From the NCBI GenBank assembly GCA_011939005.1, contig GCA_011939005.1_4858.1: 64,000 nucleotides of DNA. One strand, given 5' to 3'. The translations under genes were made by a program, and so were the position numbers. The first letter of the stretch is position 1. Every line of letters begins with the position of its first letter. The notes beneath the pieces are model-generated. The model did not search any database. It had not been told where the DNA came from and was given only the letters and a program-made list of their open reading frames with translations. This stretch comes from a phage. This document shows, piece by piece, positions 48,592-57,992 of the stretch.

Positions 48592-48630
48592 AAGGTTAGG
48601 TGGTACCTCTACGAGGTACCACCTAGACAC
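48592..48630 (-). terminator. rho-independent terminator
   Basis: Stem GGTGGTACCTC / GAGGTACCACC with short loop. Confidence 0.6.
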
Positions 48631-50790
48631 TTACTGATATATTTTGATTTGTGGGTAACTATAGCGATAGCTATCGCTATCAACATCCTGACCGACAAAC
48701 AAAATGCCTGTGTTAGAAAACGCCGCGCTGCAATACAATGTTAGCCCGGCGGGGTTAGAAATCGTATTACCGTAGTAGGCGCTGTAGCGCATGTACTTAC
48801 CATCATTCTTCACAAACAGGCTGCCTAACGATCCAACCATTCCGAAGATCAAACAAGCACCATCGGGAGAAACACAGACATTGCCGTTCGGATATCGAGT
48901 GGATGTTACACTATAATCAATTTCCGTGTAATCCAACTCACGTGTCGCCACCCAACCATCGGCGCGTTTTTCGAAGATGTAGTATTTGTGGGTTTCAAGG
49001 ACGGATACCAGTATGACTGAAAAGTTCGAAGATGCTGCCACCTTCAACGTCGAGGCTTCTGCTAACCCTGGGATGTCTAGCTTAGCGGTTTCAACATAGA
49101 GTCCTTCTGAACCTTTAGTTACGATATGGACAGATTTTCCATTGTGCTCTGAAAAAGCAACGCTGGTGCCATCGGCGGTCATCGCGATACTGTCGTACGA
49201 ACCACACAGAGCACCAGAATCGTCGAAGTCAAACGTGAGCGTTTCGTAATTTGAAAACCCATCACTTTTTTGGTAAACAGCTATTTCGCGCGTACCATTC
49301 CCAACGAACAGTGTCTCTCCGTCCGGGGTGAGTTTGACCAACTTACCGTTTACACCGGCGGCCGGGAGATTGGTAATTGCCGTTGGCGTCACTTTGCCCC
49401 ACGCCATGTCGGCACCGTTGTCGTAAACCAGCACTGCGCCCTTCGTTGTTTCTCCAGTTATCGCGGAAGGAATCCCGACGACGAACAAATCGCCTGACTT
49501 GTTTATCGATACCGGACAACGCCCGTCGGTTTCCGCATTTTCACCAGTATCAAAAGTTAGATCCATCAGAATGCTGGCATCGTGTCTATAGCCTGGGAAA
49601 TCTTTTCTATATATAGAAATTGTAGTTGAACGCTTTGCAAGCGGAGTGGTAATCAGAACATTTGCATCGCTACTACAATCCAATTCTGCACCCAACGAAT
49701 AATTATTTTCCGAAGACACGTTCAACGACTGGAATTCATTCGATGGGTATACGTTTCGGCTTATCTTTATCCGATAAGGATCGGACCACTGTCCGACGGT
49801 GTCCTCACCACGATATCTGACGCGTAGCCAATAACTACTACCGTATTGAAGCACGTTATCCGGCAGAGTTATCGTTGTAAGGTTTCGCATATCGAACAAT
49901 GAAGAGAATGGTAGGTTGCTACTAGGACTAAAATCTAACGTATCGCCATAGTTATAATAGAGTTTCCAGTCTGTAGCAATATGCGTTTCCGTGCCTGAAG
50001 TTTCAAACGTCGATGTTTCTATCGTTAAACCTGACGGTCCGTTCACATCGGTTGGGGTTGGCGACACTATCGTCGGTTTTTGGATTGTGGTCTCTATTAC
50101 CGAAAACATGGTTACTGACCAGTCACTATTAACCGTATCTGAGTGAAATTTAGCACGGGCGTAATACGTCTTGTTTCCTACCAGTGTGCCGGGTGGTAAA
50201 GTTAGAAATTTTTTAGCATCCTGAGATTCGAGCAATTGGTAAACCGTAGTGGAAAAATCTTCATTTTCAGACACTTCCCAACTCGTCGCTCTATGAGGTG
50301 TTGTTTGAAACGGCCTTGCAGTGAAGCCATTGAGGATAAAATCCAGATCACTAGCTGAACTAGAACCGTAGTACGGGGAAATCCATGTAGGCGCGTCCAC
50401 TACATTAGAGACCACCTCAATTTCATAGGTTTTGGTGATGCCGTTAGCAGAAACGGTCAGCGTAATAATTTGTCCTAACTGCCGAGGATCTTCGATAAAC
50501 AACGTATAGTTTAAACCTCCATAATGCCTGATTGTTGCTTCAGGGCACGTTACCTGATAAACCGACGGTTCTTCATTACCGGCAATGTAAAAAAGCGTTT
50601 CACTGCCTAGAATGCATTTTTTTTCATTTCCGTCGGAAAAGATTACAGTGAATGATGACTCTGCAGAAGCATCTGACAACGGTATCTTGTATTCGATTCC
50701 ATCCTTACTAAATAAAACAACCCCACCCGTTTTATCCCCAGTAAATTCAGGCAGTTCGTGTAAACGTTTCTTTTTGACTACAGTTGCCAT
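48631..50790 (-). CDS. large structural protein (719 aa) with tandem FN3/Ig-like domains
   Basis: Two FN3-like segments (W.V...E.F...Y...YYARAKF; W.L.Y..G....YWLRVRYRG); Thr/Ser-rich beta-type composition. Confidence 0.55.
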   Translation of the reverse strand: MATVVKKKRLHELPEFTGDKTGGVVLFSKDGIEYKIPLSDASAESSFTVIFSDGNEKKCILGSETLFYIAGNEEPSVYQVTCPEATIRHYGGLNYTLFIEDPRQLGQIITLTVSANGITKTYEIEVVSNVVDAPTWISPYYGSSSASDLDFILNGFTARPFQTTPHRATSWEVSENEDFSTTVYQLLESQDAKKFLTLPPGTLVGNKTYYARAKFHSDTVNSDWSVTMFSVIETTIQKPTIVSPTPTDVNGPSGLTIETSTFETSGTETHIATDWKLYYNYGDTLDFSPSSNLPFSSLFDMRNLTTITLPDNVLQYGSSYWLRVRYRGEDTVGQWSDPYRIKISRNVYPSNEFQSLNVSSENNYSLGAELDCSSDANVLITTPLAKRSTTISIYRKDFPGYRHDASILMDLTFDTGENAETDGRCPVSINKSGDLFVVGIPSAITGETTKGAVLVYDNGADMAWGKVTPTAITNLPAAGVNGKLVKLTPDGETLFVGNGTREIAVYQKSDGFSNYETLTFDFDDSGALCGSYDSIAMTADGTSVAFSEHNGKSVHIVTKGSEGLYVETAKLDIPGLAEASTLKVAASSNFSVILVSVLETHKYYIFEKRADGWVATRELDYTEIDYSVTSTRYPNGNVCVSPDGACLIFGMVGSLGSLFVKNDGKYMRYSAYYGNTISNPAGLTLYCSAAFSNTGILFVGQDVDSDSYRYSYPQIKIYQ

Positions 50791-51323
50791 TATACATCGT
50801 CTCCGTAGGTTAACACTGCATCATCACCGATGCATAAAACAGTTTCTTCATCCAGACTTGCCACAGCTTCTTTTTCATTAAACGCCGTGAATGTAAAGGT
50901 AGCCGTCCAAGCCGGTGAATCGTCACTCATCGCTGCAATCAATGGCTCGTTTGTTGGTGTAATAACCCCTGTCGAGATGTCTTCACGTGACAAGTTTAAA
51001 CCGCATAACTGGTTTACAACTGTCGCTAAATCAGCATAGGTGTCGCCGGGAGCTACAGTAACCAGTATCGGTCCTTGCGGGTCGATAATATTATTAGCGA
51101 CTAGACGGTCGTAATAGACGGTAACCTTCTTGCCGTTAGGTTTACGTGCTTTCGCAATGTACGCTTGCGAGGTACGGGCACTTTCAACACCTAAGTCGAT
51201 TGGCCCTACTCCGCTTATCACAATCTCGTCAGGCGATAATGACAAGCCGTTATCGTGATTAATCAACGCCACGACAAGCGCTTTCGACGAGATTGTTAGG
51301 TCGGGCTGATAGCGGTCTGCCAT
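50790..51323 (-). CDS. short N-domain family protein (about 177 aa), possible adaptor
   Basis: Internal ATG with GGAGG RBS; LINHDN...VTVYYDRL motif of the fiber N-domain family; stop overlaps start of the 719-aa gene. Confidence 0.5.
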   Translation of the reverse strand: MADRYQPDLTISSKALVVALINHDNGLSLSPDEIVISGVGPIDLGVESARTSQAYIAKARKPNGKKVTVYYDRLVANNIIDPQGPILVTVAPGDTYADLATVVNQLCGLNLSREDISTGVITPTNEPLIAAMSDDSPAWTATFTFTAFNEKEAVASLDEETVLCIGDDAVLTYGDDV

Positions 51324-51334
51324 TAACGCCTCCA

Positions 51335-51388
51335 GAAACAAAAAAAATAAGCTACCACACATATGATCGTGTGGTAGCCTACTCGTAC
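51335..51388 (-). terminator. rho-independent terminator
   Basis: Stem GCTACCACAC / GTGTGGTAGC followed by T-run on minus strand. Confidence 0.6.
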
Positions 51389-51392
51389 GCTG

Positions 51393-51788
51393 TTAGTGCA
51401 GTGTAGCACTGTGCACAACAGTTAACCCGCGACGTTTGATCTCATCCGCGATGGATTGCAACAGCTTATCGTAACCCACCTTTACAAATTCAGGTAAGCC
51501 ACGGTCAACCATCTCCATCTCGGTGATTTCTTCACGGAAAACTTGACAACAGCCTTCTAAATAACGTTTAGCTTCTGTCACGTCATCGACATACCGCGCA
51601 TAACTCAGGGCGATCGCGTAACCTTCTGCAATAAACGCATACTTCATGAAGATTTCTGGGTCGAGTTCTTCAACTGCTACGTCTAGACGTGAAGCGGTCT
51701 GACGTACAGAGTTACGTAATGATTCAGAAAACAGTGTAGTCGTAACCATATCCTGATTAGGAACGGTTTTAGGCATAATCAATTTCAC
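51393..51788 (-). CDS. hypothetical protein (131 aa)
   Basis: ORF in operon. Confidence 0.45.
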   Translation of the reverse strand: MKLIMPKTVPNQDMVTTTLFSESLRNSVRQTASRLDVAVEELDPEIFMKYAFIAEGYAIALSYARYVDDVTEAKRYLEGCCQVFREEITEMEMVDRGLPEFVKVGYDKLLQSIADEIKRRGLTVVHSATLH

Positions 51789-51799
51789 GAGGACTCTCC

Positions 51800-52183
51800 T
51801 TACGATAACTCGCCCATGTAAATTACTTCATAACCGAACCACTCACCGATTTCAATAAGGTAAGAAACTAGCAAGTGGCGATGACAGAATTTCCCCGGTG
51901 GGCAATAGCACATTAGTACGACCTCGCCCTGGCGGAGAATCTCTATCAACTTATCAGTGTCTTCATCAAACAACCGACTAAGTTTCTGCAGGTAGCGTTT
52001 GGTATACGCAGCTTCTGCGTCGGGGCCTTTATCAGACTTCTTGTAGTCCATCAGAAAGTCCCAGTCGGGTGCCAAATATTTCAACCCCGACTTAACTGTT
52101 ATATCCAGCTTTGGCAAATTCCGTTTTTCAGCTATCCGCCACTTCGCCAGTTGGAGCGTCCACAGCTTTACTTGCTTTGGCAT
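51800..52183 (-). CDS. DUF488 (YeaO-like) domain protein
   Basis: C-terminal LMCYCPPGKFCHRHLL matches the DUF488 signature. Confidence 0.5.
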   Translation of the reverse strand: MPKQVKLWTLQLAKWRIAEKRNLPKLDITVKSGLKYLAPDWDFLMDYKKSDKGPDAEAAYTKRYLQKLSRLFDEDTDKLIEILRQGEVVLMCYCPPGKFCHRHLLVSYLIEIGEWFGYEVIYMGELS

Positions 52184-53135
52184 TTTTCGCTATCTCTTTT
52201 TCTTTCTCCTGAAGCGCTTTAAAATGTGGCGCATACGCGCACCACTCTTCCGCGGTAAACGATGTGATACATAACCGGTTAGTATCTTCACTTACCGTAA
52301 AGGTCGTGTGGTTTCTTTCCGGGTCCTTAAAGTTAGCAAAAGCCGGTACGCCCAAACCCATAGCAGAAATAGCACTACCGAGAGCAGAACACCATACCCG
52401 TCTGTAAGCATCGTTGATTTTAATCTCCCATCCCACTGACGGTGTAATACCAAGACTACGATAATTCTGCGACTTTGCCGACGGATGGGCATAAACGATG
52501 AGCACGTTATTCTCACGGTCTATCGCGAATTCGTAGTTGTTGTTGTTACTGACCTGTACCAACCTACGAATATCTTCCGGCAACTCCTGCCACATTTCCA
52601 GTTTCTCTTTATCCCACGCAGGTGTTAGAAGCGGTGGAACGCGACCGGCATGATCTTGGAAATACATCAATTCGCTATAGAGGTTCTTTAAGCGAGCGTA
52701 CTCGTCTAATGTCCAATCTCCCAGCTCTAGACTATTCTCCAACGCATCTAGCTTATTCCAACCAACAACTGCATAGGCGTGGTGCTGTTTGCGCGTAATA
52801 CCACACATCAGTTTAGCGAGACCGTTAACAACATTGCCCTGCTGAACCAGAGGCGACCAGCCGTTAGCATATCCAGCGCTAACGACAGGCTGGAAGTTCT
52901 CTTCCCCGAGCACCGCCCATGTAACATGTTCGGTTTGTGCATGGTGTCTATCCATCAACCGTTCAACAATGGCCACGCTACAAAGAATTTCCATGAAGTT
53001 CGCGTTACCTCCATTCCACATGGAGAAATACGCAGGACGGACATGTCGTGCTTCATTGGCCGGTGCTTTGCATAGCAGCTGATACATTATCCAGGTGGAA
53101 TCCAACCCTGCTGAAAACGAAACGAGCTTCGCCAT
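52128..53135 (-). CDS. putative PP-loop (adenine nucleotide alpha-hydrolase) superfamily protein (335 aa)
   Basis: N-terminal SFSAGLDST resembles the SGGxDS PP-loop; assignment tentative. Confidence 0.3.
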   Translation of the reverse strand: MAKLVSFSAGLDSTWIMYQLLCKAPANEARHVRPAYFSMWNGGNANFMEILCSVAIVERLMDRHHAQTEHVTWAVLGEENFQPVVSAGYANGWSPLVQQGNVVNGLAKLMCGITRKQHHAYAVVGWNKLDALENSLELGDWTLDEYARLKNLYSELMYFQDHAGRVPPLLTPAWDKEKLEMWQELPEDIRRLVQVSNNNNYEFAIDRENNVLIVYAHPSAKSQNYRSLGITPSVGWEIKINDAYRRVWCSALGSAISAMGLGVPAFANFKDPERNHTTFTVSEDTNRLCITSFTAEEWCAYAPHFKALQEKEKEIAKNAKASKAVDAPTGEVADS

Positions 53136-53143
53136 CCTTTACC

Positions 53144-53476
53144 TCACTTTTGTTTCTGTTTTTCTTCACGCATCAACTTAGCGTTCAGGTCGACCATGTA
53201 ACCCGGTTTTTCCATCACCTGCACTTCTTCCCAATTGCTCCCCACTGCCATTTTGAGGGTTCCTTGACGTACCGCGATTTCTTTTGCAGTGTCACGGCAG
53301 ACCTCTAACGCTTCGTCCAAATCGTTAAAGGTTGTCTTCTGTGGTCCGTTAAAGGTTTTAGCGCATTCCAGGAATACACGTTCGTAAACATCCTGGTCGA
53401 GTAAGAGTGGTTTGTCCGCAGCGTGGACAACCATAGGCGCAACGAGTGCGCCTAACAGAACTAAAACTTTCTTCAT
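53144..53476 (-). CDS. secreted/periplasmic small protein (110 aa)
   Basis: Classic Sec signal peptide MKKVLVLLGALVAPMVVHA with A-x-A cleavage site. Confidence 0.55.
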   Translation of the reverse strand: MKKVLVLLGALVAPMVVHAADKPLLLDQDVYERVFLECAKTFNGPQKTTFNDLDEALEVCRDTAKEIAVRQGTLKMAVGSNWEEVQVMEKPGYMVDLNAKLMREEKQKQK

Positions 53477-53605
53477 TGTTTCACCGTGTGTATAAGTTGA
53501 TAACGTGGGGTTTCTTCTACCACAACATCAAAGGATGGAATACATGGGGTTAAAATCAAATCCATGTAACCTAGGGTCAATAGCGCACTTGCGGCGCTAT
53601 TAGCA

Positions 53606-55366
53606 TTACGCGTTCTCTGTCCAAGCACGCCCACGCAGCGTTTCACCGCGTATGTCATATTGCTTATATTTCGAAGAGTCGTAAGACGCAGGTAGGAAGA
53701 TCTGATGAACAATATCCGCCAGTCGACGAGCACCAAGGTTCTCTACAGCATTGGCTTCCATTGTTTTCTCAGCGATGAACGTATAGGTGTCCATGTCGTA
53801 CTGCGTTTCCACCCCTTCGGTTTTCAACAACTTAATCATGCCGTGGAACTCACTGTTATCCAACTTACAGATAGCAATCAGTGCCTCGGTATCCAGCGAA
53901 GACATTTTCGCTCTTAACGGAAAACGTCCCTGGAGTTCTGCCATGAGTTTAGAAACAGGCGCTTGAGCAAACGACCCAGCAGCGACAAAAAGCACATTGG
54001 TTGTGTCAACGCCATGATAAATACCCCCTTCAACCATTTTCAACAAGCTACGCTGCACACCACTACGGGATACACGTGCGGTGTGTTGCGTGTCAGTCTC
54101 GATAAGTTTGTCAAACTCATCCAAGAACACCACCGCAAAGTTCTCAACGAAATCATGCCCATTACAGTTGGGTAGTTTCTTGAGGTCTTTGCGGCTGACT
54201 GTTTCTTTTTCTGGTGCAACTGTTTCAGGTATCTCGTAATGCCAGAGCCGTTCATCGGCGTATTTGGTAAATTCTGGAGAACCTTCGAACACGTCATCCC
54301 ACCAACGACACCACTTCTCAGGATCTTCCAAACGAGACAACAAGCGAATAGTAAACGCTGTAGCGTTGATCGGGAGCCAATTAATGCCCACCGGCTCGAC
54401 GTCCTCGTCGTCGCCGTTAAACGTGTCGAACAAATCGTAGAAATCTGAGCCATCGGCACACGAGAGTGGCAGGTTATTTGACATCAGCGCTTGACCGGCA
54501 TCAACGTATAAGTCAATCTGTTCGCCTAAAGCCATCAGCGACATAAACTCACCCATATACCCAATCGCGCCCGGTATATCACCATCCATTAACTTATCGA
54601 CTTGACTTTCAAGTTCTACACTATTCAACAGTTCAGAAATTGACGAGACACCGAGCAGACTCCTTGCGATTTCCGACATCTTATCTATCCATTCCTGCAC
54701 AGTACGGCCACCGAGCGTAACAGAATAGATATCGAAGTCTTCGTAGGTTAAATTGTGTTGACGGCAATAGCCAACCATAAACGCGCGAAGACAATAGATG
54801 TCTTGGTATTCTTCGTACAACTCCTTCGGATCGAGTATACCCTGACGCCGTAATAGTTCGGTGTGGTCACGTTTAGCTTGATACCGCAGCTGGCGCTCAG
54901 CTGCGCGCTCGTCTAGTTCGCGCTCAACTTCCTTACGGGATTCACGCTCCCACTCTTCACGAGTAAGACGATTACCGTCTACTTCCGTCTCGACACGTCG
55001 TTTGGTACGCAGCTCGATATACCAGTCGGGCAATTCGACAGAACGCGCTAAGTCGGCTAAGTCCTTGCCGATTGATGTAACTTCCCGGCCTACGTAGCCT
55101 GATTCTGTAAACGCGGTCATGTCGAGTTCCAGCACAGGTAAACCGAATTTAGTTTTCAGTACCCGCATCAACGCTGTTTTACCCGTGCCTGTTGGACCTT
55201 CTATTAAAAGGTTCTGTTTGTGGACCGACATACGGTCCACTACGTTGAGTTTGTTGGCACGATATCGATTACGTAGCGCAATCGCCAGCATTTTCTTTGC
55301 CTGCGTTTGTCCGTATACGTAACGGTCGAATAGCGCCACTATCTCAACCGGCGTGAGGTTTTCCAT
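53606..55366 (-). CDS. hslU: HslU-like AAA+ ATPase/unfoldase (586 aa)
   Basis: N-terminus GQ..AK..LAIALRNRYR....nLLieGPTGTGKT (Walker A) then TESGYVG; C-terminus FLDEFDK...GVQRSLLK.VEG...AAGSF...LQGRFP...GARRL, colinear with HslU including an inserted domain; RBS AGAGGA. Confidence 0.8.
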   Translation of the reverse strand: MENLTPVEIVALFDRYVYGQTQAKKMLAIALRNRYRANKLNVVDRMSVHKQNLLIEGPTGTGKTALMRVLKTKFGLPVLELDMTAFTESGYVGREVTSIGKDLADLARSVELPDWYIELRTKRRVETEVDGNRLTREEWERESRKEVERELDERAAERQLRYQAKRDHTELLRRQGILDPKELYEEYQDIYCLRAFMVGYCRQHNLTYEDFDIYSVTLGGRTVQEWIDKMSEIARSLLGVSSISELLNSVELESQVDKLMDGDIPGAIGYMGEFMSLMALGEQIDLYVDAGQALMSNNLPLSCADGSDFYDLFDTFNGDDEDVEPVGINWLPINATAFTIRLLSRLEDPEKWCRWWDDVFEGSPEFTKYADERLWHYEIPETVAPEKETVSRKDLKKLPNCNGHDFVENFAVVFLDEFDKLIETDTQHTARVSRSGVQRSLLKMVEGGIYHGVDTTNVLFVAAGSFAQAPVSKLMAELQGRFPLRAKMSSLDTEALIAICKLDNSEFHGMIKLLKTEGVETQYDMDTYTFIAEKTMEANAVENLGARRLADIVHQIFLPASYDSSKYKQYDIRGETLRGRAWTENA

Positions 55367-55575
55367 TAATTTTCCTCTTTCAATATCTCAGCAACTGCTT
55401 TACGGCACGCATTCACCGCGTCAGGATAAGTGGTACTGTTCGGGTCTACGCGGTCAATGCACATTCTGAACGTACTGGTTGCGGTCTCGCGACGTTCTGC
55501 AGTGCGGGTACTGGTGCTGATGGCGATATAAATACAAAACAACACAGCAGCCACGATCGGCCAACGTAGATTCAT
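55366..55575 (-). CDS. small membrane protein (69 aa)
   Basis: Single hydrophobic helix (IVAAVLFCIYIAI); stop overlaps hslU-like start. Confidence 0.45.
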   Translation of the reverse strand: MNLRWPIVAAVLFCIYIAISTSTRTAERRETATSTFRMCIDRVDPNSTTYPDAVNACRKAVAEILKEEN

Positions 55576-56273
55576 CAGTAATCCCCCGTTGCCCCTATCG
55601 CAGTCGCTACTTTACTGACAACCTCGTCAACCGGAAGCACCACCTCGTCTTTCTTGCTCACAATCTCTGGTACTTCTTTGACATGTTCAACGGTCACGTC
55701 AAACTTCCGAGTATAACCAACGAGCAGGTTGGCCATTTCTGCACGACTAACGAACTGTTGTTCTTCCGACAGATGTAACGACGTATCAAGAAGTCCAGAA
55801 TGCATGAAGTTTTCAATGAGTTGGTCTTCTTCCGCTTTGAAGTCGTACCGCTCGTTCGGGGCGGCCACAAACGCATAACCGAAATATTTCCCTTCTTCCT
55901 GTTCAGGACGTAGCGATTTAACTAACTCCTCAGCGTGTTCACAGAAGTCCGCCAAAGTATAATCGTCGAGTGTGGCAACTGCGGTTTCTGTTACAATTTC
56001 ACCGGTGTCGAGTTCAGTGAGGTGCATCACCCAAAGATGCCATGGTCGCGGTTGGTCGAACAGCCCACCGACTAACATATCTGTGGCGATAGCACGAATA
56101 CGAGGACTTGCCGTAAAGTGAAAACCACGGCCCGCGTACGGCCCGAGGCGACGAATCGAACTGCCTATAAACGTGATACGATTCAGAGCGTTTTCAGCGA
56201 CGGTGTGTGCCGTACGTTCTGTGGCAACTTTCGGGTTATACTTTTTGTTACGGGGTTTCTTTTGCTTAGCCAT
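55575..56273 (-). CDS. hypothetical protein (232 aa)
   Basis: ORF with start/stop overlaps to both neighbours (coupled). Confidence 0.5.
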   Translation of the reverse strand: MAKQKKPRNKKYNPKVATERTAHTVAENALNRITFIGSSIRRLGPYAGRGFHFTASPRIRAIATDMLVGGLFDQPRPWHLWVMHLTELDTGEIVTETAVATLDDYTLADFCEHAEELVKSLRPEQEEGKYFGYAFVAAPNERYDFKAEEDQLIENFMHSGLLDTSLHLSEEQQFVSRAEMANLLVGYTRKFDVTVEHVKEVPEIVSKKDEVVLPVDEVVSKVATAIGATGDY

Positions 56274-56743
56274 TAGTTAAAAACCTTTTTGCAAACTGTG
56301 TGGAATACTTTACGAATTTCACGAAGGGATTGTTCGGTGTGCAGATAACGATACGTTATCTTCCACGCGTTATACGTGTTTTTCAGGGTGATTTCGCTGA
56401 GGTCATAAACGAAATCATCATCAGGGTACATGAGTCTCGCCATGGATAAATCCCACAATGGTGGAATATCCGCTTTCATTAACTCAGCAACTAGCTCATG
56501 CGCTTTGTGCTCAAAGCCAACACCAAGAACAAACACTACATGGAACTCCCCTGGCGAGTTCTTTTTAGAATATGGTCCGTGTCCATGACATGACCACATT
56601 GTCGTCGCGCCGGGGTAACGGCAAATAACTTCACACGCATCCCGTACCCCACGCTCGACCCAACCGTTTACGAGCGCTTCGGATGCCCGTAGTTTAAACC
56701 GATCCAAAACTTTCAGATCCACGCCGCCGTATAAAACTGGCAT
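56273..56743 (-). CDS. hypothetical protein (156 aa)
   Basis: ORF in coupled operon. Confidence 0.5.
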   Translation of the reverse strand: MPVLYGGVDLKVLDRFKLRASEALVNGWVERGVRDACEVICRYPGATTMWSCHGHGPYSKKNSPGEFHVVFVLGVGFEHKAHELVAELMKADIPPLWDLSMARLMYPDDDFVYDLSEITLKNTYNAWKITYRYLHTEQSLREIRKVFHTVCKKVFN

Positions 56744-56771
56744 CTTTAATTCTCCTTAAGGGTGTCTTCAT

Positions 56772-57224
56772 TTAATGGTTGTGTTCTGTAAAAATTGCGA
56801 GTGCGAGCCAGTGCTCCATCACTCTTTCCATCACATCTGGGTCAGGTCGATAGATGAGTCTAAACGTCCAGCTTGGATAACAGAGATTCGCATTGCCTTC
56901 TTGACGCAGCCAAGTAAAGTTTAACTGAAAACGTTTCCCGTATTCGTGCGGCTGCCATCCTTCTAATAAATGATTAATGTCTTTAAGACCAGCCTCGGTT
57001 GCCACAAATGTTAAGCTGTGGTGTCTACGTGTACGAAGCTTGTCTCCGTCTTTGCGAACTTCTCCCGTGAATGCCCAAACGGTTGCGATATTCGGCCATT
57101 CGCTAAATGCCCTAATGATTGCACGCGTTTTAACATCGACTGGTTTTTCAGCATCCAGCGCCCGGATTGTGCGCTGCTTGTACACGGCCAATTCCGCATC
57201 ATTGACGACTGAACATTGAAACAC
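56772..57224 (-). CDS. hypothetical protein (150 aa)
   Basis: ORF in operon. Confidence 0.45.
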   Translation of the reverse strand: MFQCSVVNDAELAVYKQRTIRALDAEKPVDVKTRAIIRAFSEWPNIATVWAFTGEVRKDGDKLRTRRHHSLTFVATEAGLKDINHLLEGWQPHEYGKRFQLNFTWLRQEGNANLCYPSWTFRLIYRPDPDVMERVMEHWLALAIFTEHNH

Positions 57225-57249
57225 GGTATATCCCTCAGAGGGTTAAAAA

Positions 57250-57292
57250 TAAAAAGAGCCCTACCTAACCGAAGTTAGGTAGGGGACTACTT
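57250..57292 (-). terminator. rho-independent terminator
   Basis: Stem CCCTACCTAAC / GTTAGGTAGGG around CGAA, T-run on minus strand. Confidence 0.65.
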
Positions 57293-57596
57293 AAGCGACA
57301 GCGCGTTTGCGTTTATCGACGACTTTCTTGGTTGCTTTCGCTGCCTTCTTACTGGCAGGGATAGTATCAACCGGGGTGTCGGCTACCAAGGCACGCTCTA
57401 CACCGTCTGCACGTACGACGCGCAGATTCTTCGCCTGTGGTAAGCCTTTGAAAGTGATGGTCAAACCCGCGCGGAGACCTTGATACAGAAACCCTTGCAG
57501 GTTCAGTTTCTTGGCGGTTGCAGTGTTCTCACAACCTTTCTCCACGTACAGCAGAGTCATACCTGCACGTTTAACAATTGTGTATTGTTTAGCCAT
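57291..57596 (-). CDS. small basic protein (101 aa), possibly nucleic-acid binding
   Basis: Lys-rich C-terminal tail (KKAAKATKKVVDKRKRAVA); promoter-like motif about 45 nt upstream. Confidence 0.45.
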   Translation of the reverse strand: MAKQYTIVKRAGMTLLYVEKGCENTATAKKLNLQGFLYQGLRAGLTITFKGLPQAKNLRVVRADGVERALVADTPVDTIPASKKAAKATKKVVDKRKRAVA

Positions 57597-57633
57597 CTAC
57601 TTTTTTCCTTTCTTTACAGTTAGGTTCAGTAAA

Positions 57634-57653
57634 ATAACATCTATCTGAAAAGT
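57634..57653 (-). promoter_or_regulatory. promoter-like motif, copy 3 (minus-strand TTTTCAGATAGATGTTATTTTACTGAACCT)
   Basis: Conserved with copy 2; TG.TATTTT extended -10-like element. Confidence 0.45.
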
Positions 57654-57659
57654 CGTGCG

Positions 57660-57992
57660 TTAGACCATCATCTCTAAGCGCACATACTCTTTACGGCTAG
57701 GATGTACCTGCGCCATAATCCGATGATGCACACGGTCGATGAGCAGCGTTTCGTTTACGCGCGGAATAAACCGAAATACGTTTAACGGTAACGTGAACTC
57801 AACACCCGTCACAATATTAGACAGTGTCATTAGTTCTTCGCCGATACCTTTAACTTCTGCAACCACGGAACGATCGTGTACCTCACCACCTAACGGGGGT
57901 GTGAACGCCCGAATAAAACGGACGTGCAGTTCCTGGTGCGTCAGCGTGGGCTCAATGGGGTTTAGGTTCGACATGAAGCTGTCCTGGGGCAT
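57660..57992 (-). CDS. hypothetical protein (about 105-110 aa; start uncertain)
   Basis: Tracked ORF extends to 58211, but RBS-supported ATGs are near 57974 or 57992. Confidence 0.35.
   Translation of the reverse strand: MPQDSFMSNLNPIEPTLTHQELHVRFIRAFTPPLGGEVHDRSVVAEVKGIGEELMTLSNIVTGVEFTLPLNVFRFIPRVNETLLIDRVHHRIMAQVHPSRKEYVRLEMMV

Noticed and set aside
53473-53736. 87-aa minus-strand ORF overlapping the 3' end of the HslU-like gene
   Set aside because: Overlaps the conserved C-terminus of the HslU-like gene by about 130 nt; a small real gene from a downstream start cannot be excluded, but support is weak.
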